DNA of 64,000 bases, from the NCBI GenBank assembly GCA_951406725.2, contig OX597823.1, positions 10,788,001-10,852,000 of the forward strand. The letters run 5' to 3'. The notes under the pieces were generated by a model, which saw only the letters and a program-made list of their open reading frames with translations, ran no database searches and was not told where the DNA came from. The translations under genes and the position numbers were made by a program. Source of the DNA: Octopus vulgaris. Its lineage: Eukaryota. The stretch's first letter is position 1. Every line of letters starts with the position of its first letter. Below are positions 54,192-64,000 of this stretch, in pieces.

Positions 54192-55206
54192 ATGTATTTC
54201 CGAAGCTCTCTATATTCAATAAATGTGTATTATGGACTACTACACTCTGTAAATGATTACACTACTCTAAATAAACTAAAATGGTCTGATAGATCTATGA
54301 ACGACAAACACTCTGAAATATAATTTAGTCGAGAGTCTCAATGGCTTCGATAATAAACAGGATACTAAAAGATGAATGTTTGATTCAGTGCGTGATTAAA
54401 GATCACGAAATATAAGAAACATCTATTGATAGAATATGCAACTTGTACGACATTGTTTCTTTAAAGAATACTTTTCTTTCACTCTAACATGTGACAAAGC
54501 AATCGATAGCTTCACATCAAACAATACTGACATTATGCAGATGAAATTATGTACCAATAACCAGCTTCTATGAGTGGCATGCTTCTGATATTAGATATTT
54601 AAAAAATAATTTGATATTCACAACTTGGCTAATTAATCATTTTCATTATTTATGTAATAGGAAAGTTAGCACATTTGATCGAGTGAGAAAACGGAGAGGA
54701 AACAAAATTCTGTCGGCTGCGTTAGTTTCTAGCGTTCAAATCTTCATGAATAATGTTCAGCTTCTATGTTCCCTGTGCGATCCCTAAAGAGGATCGCTGA
54801 AAAAGAAGCCCCTATTGAAGTTTTCGCCTCATTAAAAAGAAGAACGCGTCTATTAGGAATATCTCGAATTAATTCTTCATCGATTCATTTTTTTTGCTTT
54901 TGCCTATATTTTATTGGCAAAAAAGAACTGCGGGAAGCCAGCTTGACCCATGACCTTTTCAGATCCTCTGTGACTAACGAGATTGACGTGAAGAATTAAT
55001 TGAAGAATTGCAAGTTGATGGCTTTAGAGGAAAATGTTCAAAGACTCCTGCGCAACACGTCAAGTAGAAAGGCTGAATCCAGTACCACATAGTTGAGAAT
55101 CTCTCAACCGCACAGCCACGCCATGTGTATACCTATGAGGTCGCGCCAATTGTCTTTGACCCTCCATCTTTATCTTATACAATTATGGTAAGTCAAGAGA
55201 AGCTAA

Positions 55207-55794
55207 TATTCTTTTCTGCTCTAGACACAAGGCCCGACATTTTGGGGGAGGGGGCCAGTCGATTAGATCAACCCCAGTACGCAAATGGTACTTAATTTAT
55301 CAACCCCGAAAGTATGAAAGGTAAAGTCGACCTCGGCGGAATTTGATCAAAGAACGTTAAGACAGACGAAATACCTATTTCTTTACTACCCACAAGGGGC
55401 TAAACGCAGAGAGGACAAACAAGGACAGACAAACGGATTAAGTCGATTATATCGACCCCAGTGCGTAACTGGTACTTAATTTATCAACCCCGAAAGTATG
55501 AAAGGTAAAGTCGACCTCGGCGGAATTTGATCAAAGAACGTTAAGACAGACGAAATACCTATTTCTTTACTACCCACAAGGGGCTAAACACAGAGAGGAC
55601 AAACAAGGACACAGACAAACGGATTAAGTCGATTATATCGACCCCAGAGCGTAACTGTTACTTATTTAATCGACCCCGAAAGGATGAAATGCAACGCAGA
55701 CCTCGGCGGAATTTGAACTCAGAACGTAACGGCAGACGAAATACCGCAAAGCACTTCGCCCGGCGTGCTAACGTTTCTGCCAGCTCACCGCCTA
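55207..55794 (-). mobile_element. SINE type A trimer (tail 1, tail 1, tail 2)
   Basis: Same junction twice; head at ~55794. Confidence 0.9.
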
Positions 55795-55959
55795 AGAGAA
55801 ACTCAGATGAAGAGAATGGTAAGATGAGTCAGTAAACATTTTCGATCCCCAGCTGAAAACAACTCCGCCATTGAGATAAGAATGATTATAATGTAACTTC
55901 TTTATAAGCTCTTTAAATTTCAGATCTTATAACGAAAGAAAGCTTAAGATTTCCTAAGT

Positions 55960-56113
55960 TGTGGCTGTCTGGCAAGAAGCTTGCTTCCCAATCACACTGT
56001 TCTTGGGTTCAGTCCCACTACGTGTCACTTTGGGCAAATTTCTTCTATTGTAACCTCGGACTGATCAAAACCTTGTGAGTGGATTCGGTAAACGGATACT
56101 GAAAGGATCCCGT

Positions 56114-56179
<66 letters not shown>

Positions 56180-56522
56180 TGTGTGTGTGTGTGTGTTGTG
56201 CGTGTGCACATGTGTGTGTCTTTGTATATATGTGTTTTCCCCCACCAGTGTGTGTGTGTGTATGTATGTGTGTGTGTGTGTGTGTGTGCGTGTGCACGTG
56301 TGTGTGTCTTTGTAAATCTGTGTTTGTCCCCCACCAGTGCTTGATAACCGGTGTTGTTGCGTTCACGTCTTCGTAACTTACCGGTTCAGCCAAAGAGACC
56401 GATAAAATAATCAACCAGGCTTAGAAAAGAAAATAACTACTGGAGTTGGTTTATTCGAGAAAATATTCTTCGGGGCAGTGCCCCAGCATGGTCACAGGGT
56501 TATGACTGAAAGAAGTAAAAGA
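55960..56522 (+). mobile_element. Older SINE type B with an expanded TG tract
   Basis: Head, CORE-like segment and tail. Confidence 0.82.
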
Positions 56523-56690
56523 TAAATTTATATTTGTAGGAAGAAAAGGAAGAGAATGATTCATATTTTTATAACTTCTAACAAATCTTTGAATTTAATA
56601 GCAAAAATTACGGAATAACATAACGCAGTAATATGTAGCAAAGCAAGATATAATCATTTTAGCTGCTATGGACGTTCCATATTTTATACG

Positions 56691-56751
56691 TGATTGATTG
56701 ATTGATTCTAGTTTCAGCTCATGAGCTGTGGCCATGCTGGGGCACCGCCAT
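56691..56751 (-). mobile_element. Solo LINE/SINE 3'-end fragment with (AATC)n tail
   Basis: Reverse complement of the 6849 fragment. Confidence 0.7.
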
Positions 56752-56827
56752 TTACATGTTACATGTTCTTGTTTATCTTTAGATACATTAATTTATAGAT
56801 CTCCTTATCATTATTTTATTATATTTT

Positions 56828-57277
56828 AAGGCTGAGAGCCGACAGAATCGTTAACACGCCGGGTAAAACGCTTCGGAGTATTCACTCCGTCGCTATGTTC
56901 CGAGTTCGAATTCCGCCAAGGTCAATTTCACCTTTCATCCTTTCGGGGTTGATAAATTAAGTACCAGTTGCGTACTGGTGTTGTTCTAATCGACTGGCCT
57001 CCTCTCCCAAAATTTCAGGCCTTGTGCCTATAGCAGAAAGGATTATTTCAATTATATTAAGGCGGCGATCTAACAGAATCGTTAGCACGAGGGCAGAATG
57101 ATTAGGGGCATTTCGTACGTTTTCACGTTCTGGGTTCAAATTCCACCGAGGAGGACTCTGCCTTTTATCCTTTTGGGGTCGATGAAACAAGTACCAGTTG
57201 AACACTGGGGATCCATGTAATAGACTACCTCCCTTCCCACCCTCAAATTTCAGTTCTTCTGCCTTTGGTAGAAAGAA
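56828..57277 (+). mobile_element. Two adjacent older SINE type A copies
   Basis: Two head/B-box/tail-2 units. Confidence 0.8.
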
Positions 57278-57473
57278 TTATTTTATTATATTAAACATTT
57301 CGTTCCATATCTTTAAATTCGTTTCATATTTAGAACTGTTTAAAGCGTAACACAGAAACAGATGTCTTAAAATAAAGCGAGAACACATTGGTTTATCAAG
57401 GCTGAAATCCTCATGAACACAGGTTTCTTGACTAAAAGATGTCTCTGCCACTTCTAGCTTTCTATTCGAAATG

Positions 57474-57858
57474 ATGGAAGCACTCCGTCGGTTACGACGA
57501 CGAGGGTTCCGGTTGATCCGAATCAACGGAACAGACTGCTCGTGAAATTAACGTGTAAGTGGCTGAGCACTCCACAGACACGTGCACCCTTAACGTAGTT
57601 CTCGGGGATATTCAGCGTGACACAGAGAGTGACAAGGCCGGCCCTTTGAAATACAGGTACAACAGAAACAGGAAGTAAGAGTGAGAGAAAGTTGTGGTGA
57701 AAGAGTACAGCAGGGATCACCACCATCCCCTGCCGGAGCCGCGTGGAGCTTTTAGGTGTTTTCGCTCAATAAACACTCACAACGCCCGGTCTGGGAATCG
57801 AAACCGCGATCCTATGACCGCGAGTCCGCTGCCCTAACCACTGGGCTATTGCGCCTCC
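57474..57858 (-). mobile_element. Full-length SINE type C (tRNA-Arg-like head; possibly octopus OR-type)
   Basis: A/B boxes; imperfect TSD ctat(t/c)cgaaat. Confidence 0.9.
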
Positions 57859-57900
57859 TATCCGAAATAAAGACAATGACAAATAGAAGCAGACACCAAT

Positions 57901-58603
57901 ATTGTTGCAGTCAGGACATAAAGTGCCGGATCAGATACTGCAGGAAATCCTCTCCAAAACTACAACTCCGCCAGCTGGTTATGATGGAGTGGTAATTTAT
58001 CGAAAGACGAAACTTGATATTGACGGGATTTGAACTCGGAATGCAGACAGTCAGAACAAGTACAACAACGCTTTATTTTTTTTCGATGATCTAACCACAC
58101 TACCAAATTACTACCTAAATACGTAACTGGACTTATGTAGTAATTTGGCAGCGTGGTTAGACCATCGAAAAAAATAAAGCGTTCTAAGGCGGCGAGCTGG
58201 CAGAGACGTTAGCACGCCGGGCGAAATGCGTAGCCGTATTTCGTCTACCGTTCCGTTCTGAGTTCAAATTCCGCCGAGGTCGACTTTGCCTTTCCTCCCT
58301 TCGGGGTCGATAAATTAAGTACCAGTAACGCACTGGGGTCGATATAATCGACTTAATCCGTTTGTCTGTCCTTGTTTATCCTCTCTGTGTTTAGCCCCTT
58401 GTGGGTAGTAAAGAAAAATAAAAATAAAAAAATAAAGCGTTGTTGTAGCTGTCTGCACTTCGAGTTCAAATCTCTCGCCTGTATCAACTTTCGTCTTTCG
58501 ACAACAAATTACCAATCCAGCATAGCCAGGTGGCGGAGTTGTAGTTTTGGACTGGATTCCCAGCAGTAAAAGTTCCGGCATTTCGTATCCTGACTGCAAC
58601 AAT
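57901..58603. repeat. Long inverted duplication (57901-58114 versus 58137-58603), right arm interrupted by SINE-A
   Basis: The arms are reverse complements once the SINE is removed; 22-nt spacer. Confidence 0.85.
58186..58420 (+). mobile_element. Young SINE type A with TSD aaaaaataaagcgtt
   Basis: Full monomer; flanking duplication. Confidence 0.92.
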
Positions 58604-58752
58604 CATTTGAAATATTAGCTGCATTTGCATCAGATTTCAGAAAGAAAATGTTATATTCTTCTGCTATCGTGTTACCATTTAGAAATGTGGTTTAACCTTG
58701 ACTTACCTTTACCTCCTCACACTCTCTCCCATCCTCAGTTTCTCTCGCTCAA

Positions 58753-58788
<36 letters not shown>

Positions 58789-59720
58789 CACAACACATAC
58801 ATACACACACACACGCACACATATGCATATACGCACACGCACACTCTAACACTTTCTCTTTCCTTTTCTCACTTTTTCTCTGTATACATCTCTGATTTTT
58901 CTTCCGCTCTCTCTTCCTCTCTCTCTCTCTCTCTCTCTCTCTCACGTACTCTCCTTCTTGCCTCTCTAACCATCTATAATTCCATACACTACCTTTTAAT
59001 TCTTTTCTGTTTCTGCTAAGAGGTTAAAATCTATCGTTTAGTCTCAGAATATTCTCCTGTGACATCTCATCGATTACACGTTCACGGTCAGTGGGCCGTC
59101 TTTCTATTCAGCTTTACTCTAAATCAAATCTTTGGTCAAGCATATTTTCCTTTCGGCCAATCTTATGCATAGATGGACAATCAGGTTTTCTCAATCATTT
59201 TATTTGCTTTGATTTTGTCTTGCAATGAAGTAGCCGAACATCGGTGTTTTGTGTGTGTTTTAGTGTATCTGTGTTTGTACATGTGTGTGTGTGTCCGTGT
59301 GTCCGTGTCCGTCCGTGTGTGTGTGCGTGTCCGTGTGTGTGTGTGTGTGTGTGTATGTGTGTGTGTGTGTGTGTGTATGCGTGAATGAATGTTTGTGCTT
59401 CCCGGTTTGCGTGTATGTGTGTTGTTTGCATGAGTGTGTTTGTGAAGATATACGCTTGCTTGTTTGCATGTGTATTTGTGTGCGCTTTTGTACATGGATA
59501 TGCGTTGGTGCATGTTTCGTTATACGTGTGTGTGTGTGAATATCCACGTGTATATGTGTGCGGATAAGTGTATTGTATGAGTGTGATTATGTGTGTTTTT
59601 TGTGTGAGTACGTCTGCGAGAGTTAATATATGCTTTTGTTTGTGAATGTGTATTTATTTGCGTGCGTGTGTGTGTATGTGTGTGTGTATATATGTGTATG
59701 TATGTGTGTGTGTATGTGTG

Positions 59721-59762
<42 letters not shown>

Positions 59763-60582
59763 TTTAATCGCCAGCTGCAATAGATAACTTTTACATCATC
59801 CGTAACGGAACTTTACAAATGTCAGATGTTATGATCTTTCAGAAAGTAAATTCATAAAAGTGTCCTTGGATAATAATTTGTCCAAGATCTGAGAACAAAG
59901 GAAATTGCAATCGACTTTCATCATTATTGCAGGAAAGAACCTTTTCATTTAACTTGAAAAGAATCACACATCGATAATTTTTAATTGCTGGCTTCTTTCA
60001 TTGGTTTTTTTTTCTTTCTTTTATTCAAAACTAACAATTCAGGACAAACACACGTCGTCCTATTCCTAATATTGATTCCTGGCATAGGCATAAGACAAGA
60101 TTACAAATGTAGGAGGAATGCGTTTATTCGAATAAATCCGGCCTGGTAAATTGGTTCCTAACATTTTTACTACCAAGGATCCATTATATTTGCATGAATT
60201 TTCCTACAGACCTTTCGTTTTTTCGAAATTTCTAAGCCGAAACAAACTGGGAAAACAAACTCGTTTTGCAACCTTCATCTCTCGGGTGAAAGATATATGT
60301 AAGTAAATAATGTTGTTGAATAATAATATATTTCAAACTGAAGCCTTCTAAAAATTTTAACACAGCTCACGTAGTCCAGGTTGGGATCTACTGAACAAAC
60401 ATTTAACTGATATTTTATTTTATCGACGTCGTATGAGGATAAAAGTGGTAAAGCCGGAATTTCAATTCAGAATTGAATGTGATATACTTAATCATCGTAA
60501 AACATTTTACCTCTCTGTCGATCTACTGATTCTGCTATCGTAACACCCGCCTCAGTCATAAAGCTGAGAAACGGCTAATATT

Positions 60583-61049
60583 GCTTTCAAATTTTGAAAC
60601 ATGGACAGCAATTTCGGGGAAGGATAAGTCCATTACCTCGACCCCAGTACTCAAGCGGTACGTATTTTATTGAATCCGAAAGGATGAAAAGTAAAGTCGA
60701 CCGTAACGGAATTTGAACTCAGAACGTAAAGACGAACAAAATACTGCTAAGTATTTTGTTCGACGCCCTAACAATTCTTATTTCTTTATTGCCCACACGG
60801 GGCTAAACATAGAGGGGACAAACAAGAACAGACAAAAGAATTAAGTCGATTACATCGACCCCCAGTGCGTAACTAGTACTTAATTTATCGACCCCGAAAG
60901 GATGAAAGGCAAAGTCGACCTCGGCAGAATTTGAACTCAGAACGTAGCGGCAGACGAAATACCTATTTCTTTATTGCCCACAAGGGGCTAAACACAGAGA
61001 GGACAAACAGGGACAAACAAACGGATTAAGTCGATTACATCGACCCCAG
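60583..61049 (-). mobile_element. SINE type A: older copy plus an adjacent multimer fragment
   Basis: Contains the gacgaaatacc|tatttcttt junction. Confidence 0.85.
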
Positions 61050-61429
61050 GTTTTCTTTGAAAACCTTGTCGTTTTTCAGTTTATTTAACGCTAAGTCAAA
61101 GAAGGAAGGACAGTATCCATGACATTATGCATGTAATTGATGGGAAAGAGTGAAGAAGATATTAACTGACCGAAGCCCTGGTTCAATGTTTACAACAAAG
61201 TTGACTACACAGAAGAATCCCAGGGCACCAGATGGTAATGTTTGACAAACAAGAGAATTTGTCCTTGTCCCTCTAATAAGCTTTCACGCTGTTTCCACCA
61301 ACCAAATTTCATTGGTAAAGATTTGGTCAATCCGAATCTATGATGGGAAAGAACTTGCCTAAGATACCACTTAGTGGGATCAAACTCGAAACCGCTTAGC
61401 TGCAAAGCGAATGTCTTAGCCGCACAATT

Positions 61430-61816
61430 GGATATGGAAGCACTCCGTCGGTTACGACGACGAGGGTTCCGGTTGATCCGATCAACGGAACAGCCTGCTC
61501 GTGAAATTAACGTGTAAGTGGCTGAGCACTCCACAGACACGTGTACCCTTAACATAGTTCATGGGGAGATTCAGCGTGACACAGAGAGTGACAAGGCCGG
61601 CCCTTTGAAATACAAGTACAACAGAAACAGGAAGTAAGAGTGAGAGAAAGTTGTGGTGAAAGAGTACAGCAGGGATCACCACCATCCTCTGCCGGAGCCT
61701 CGTGGAGTTTTAGGTGTTTTCGCTCAATAAACACTCACAACGCCCGGTCTGGGAATCGAAACCGCGATCGTACGACCGCGAGTCCGCTGCCCTAACCACT
61801 GGGCCATTGCGCCTCC
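61430..61816 (-). mobile_element. Full-length SINE type C with TSD, inserted in a decayed SINE-B
   Basis: TSD agccgcacaatt at 61418-61429 and 61817-61828. Confidence 0.92.
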
Positions 61817-62298
61817 AGCCGCACAATTATGACTCCGCCCAATCTTGCCTTCTTTAATATTAAAATCCTTCGAAAGTGCCTGACTCGAGAACCCATATCT
61901 CCTCTCTTATTTTATGTCTCAGGTCGGATCTCTTCTTTTAGACAGTAACATCTCAAAGTGAATTGATGGTGTTCTCTAACACCATCTACTCTGTTTTACT
62001 TCAGGATTGAAATACATGGCTGACAGGTTTATAATATCCGACTTACCATAAAACAATATCAGAGAATAGCTATTTACACAGAGTGTTATATTTTCTTTAA
62101 TTGTCCATTAGTATTATCTACAACAATCGGGTTGCTGCTTGAGAGGATTTTTGTAATTTTTCTAGCAACTATGATCGTATCCAGATCACCAATAGGGCGG
62201 TTATAATATGAGAAAGATTCGGTTGTTATTTATAACAAGGAAAGTGACTATATAGGAGCTCTCTGTCGTTTTAAAAAAGGATTCCAGATAAGCTAGTC

Positions 62299-62706
62299 TA
62301 TTTCTTTACTACCCACAAGGGGCTAAACACAGAGGGGACAAACAAGAACAGACACACGGATTACATCGACCCCAGTGCGTCACTGGTACTTAATTTATCG
62401 ACCCCGAAAGGATGAAAGGCAAAGTCGACCTCAGCGGAATTTGAACACAGAACGTAGCGGCAGACGAAATACCTATTTCTTTACTACCTACAGGGAGATA
62501 AACACAGAAGGGACAAATAAGGACAGACAAACGGATTAAGTCGATTACATCGACCCCAGTACGTAACTGGTAATTATTTAATTGACCCCGAAAGGATGAA
62601 AGGCAAAGTCGACCTCGGTGGAATTTGAACTCAGAACGTAACGGCAGACGAAATACGGCTACGCATTTCGCCTGGCGTGCTAACGTTTCTGCCAGCTCGC
62701 CGCCTT
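62299..62706 (-). mobile_element. SINE type A dimer flanked by one 18-bp TSD
   Basis: attccagataagctagtc at 62281-62298 and 62707-62724. Confidence 0.95.
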
Positions 62707-63228
62707 ATTCCAGATAAGCTAGTCACCGATATGTAACATTATAGGATGATTACGCCTCTAACCCACTTGGTTATAGGCCTGCTCGTTCAGGTCTCGCTTG
62801 TAGATAAACAACAAATACAGCAACACTTTGTTAATCAAACCGCAAATGTTTGTTCGACATGCATGACACAGCAACCAAATCCGCTTCAAATCACAGCGTG
62901 CTGTCTTAAAGAAATTGTAAACGAAGAAAATAGTGCAGCTAAAGAAAAAGTAACGTTACCCAAGTAATGTTTTGTAGATAGCAATCAAACTACATCCTTA
63001 TCTTAAAATTGTATGATTTTTGTCCCTAGTCAAGATAAATCAATGCCCTTCGTTCTTAGTCTCCAGTAAAGCACCACAATGTTACATAAATAGTAATGTA
63101 ATGTATTCATGTATTGATTGCTATCGAAAAGCAAAACCTGTTTTCCTCTCTTCCAAGCCTTGAGAGATGCCCTAATTGCCAGTGCATAATTCCAATGTCA
63201 AGGTGATCAGCTGAGATAAAACACACAC

Positions 63229-63283
<55 letters not shown>

Positions 63284-63299
63284 CACGTGCTAGTATATG

Positions 63300-64000
63300 T
63301 ATATATATGTGTGTGTGCGTGTATGTGTACCTGTATGTGTATACGTGTATGCACGTCTGTATGTATACATATACATATATATATGAATGTGTGTGTGTGT
63401 ACTTGTATGTGTATAGTGTATGTATACATATGTATATGAATGTGTGTGTGTATTTGTATGTGTATATGTGTATGTACGTGTGTATGTATACATATATATA
63501 TGAATGTGTGTGTGTATTTGTATGTGTATATGTGTATGTACGTGTGTATGTATACATATATATATGAATGTGTGTGTATATGTGTATGTGTATATGTGTA
63601 TGTACGTGTGTATGTATACATATATATGTGAATGTGTGTGTGTGTACTTGTATGTGTATAGTGTATGTATACATATATATATGAATGTGTGTGTGTATTT
63701 GTATGTGTATATGTGTATGTACGTATGTATGTATACATATATATATGAATGTGTGTGTGTACTTGTATGTGTATAGTGTATGTATACATATATATATGAA
63801 TGTGTGTGTGTATTTGTATGTGTATATGTGTATGTACGTGTGTATGTATACATATATATATGAATGTGTGTGTGTGTACTTGTATGTGTATAGTGTATGT
63901 ATACATATATATATGAATGTGTGTGTGTATTTGTATGTGTATATGTGTATGTACGTGTGTATGTATACATATATATATGAATGTGTGTGTGTATTTGTAC
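63300..64000. repeat. Microsatellite-derived minisatellite (~64-bp and ~52-bp units)
   Basis: Recurrent atatatgaatgtgtgtgtgta(tt/ct)tgtatgtgtata units. Confidence 0.85.

Noticed and set aside
57780-57858. tRNA-like sequences (heads at 31396, 31671, 39565, 57858, 61816)
   Set aside because: They continue into SINE bodies with TSDs and lack a clean acceptor stem, so they are not tRNA genes.

Overview
AT-rich, extremely repeat-dense animal genomic DNA. Microsatellite load and SINE types suggest an octopod cephalopod (inference, not a database match). No host protein-coding exon can be supported; almost all ORFs in the track are microsatellite or SINE artefacts. The window is a mosaic of: microsatellites; at least five tRNA-derived SINE types (labelled A-E here); a 5'-truncated, frameshifted CR1/L2-group LINE inside (TA)n; R4/Dong-type restriction-like-endonuclease retrotransposon remnants, one in (TAA)n; a mariner relic and a Tc1/mariner-derived MITE; non-autonomous Helitrons including a precise head-to-tail dimer; and many short Penelope-like (PLE) fragments. 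Most interesting: (1) a set of hammerhead-ribozyme (HHR)-like motifs in non-coding PLE-type elements with non-canonical cores (U4C, family-wide A6U) and one with a very long stem II; (2) SINE-A multimers that always restart at the same nucleotide in the loop of the tRNA-like hairpin and were inserted as single units; (3) a 3' structure shared by the LINE, SINE-B and solo tail fragments; (4) four SINEs stacked at one target site; (5) several long fold-back palindromes.
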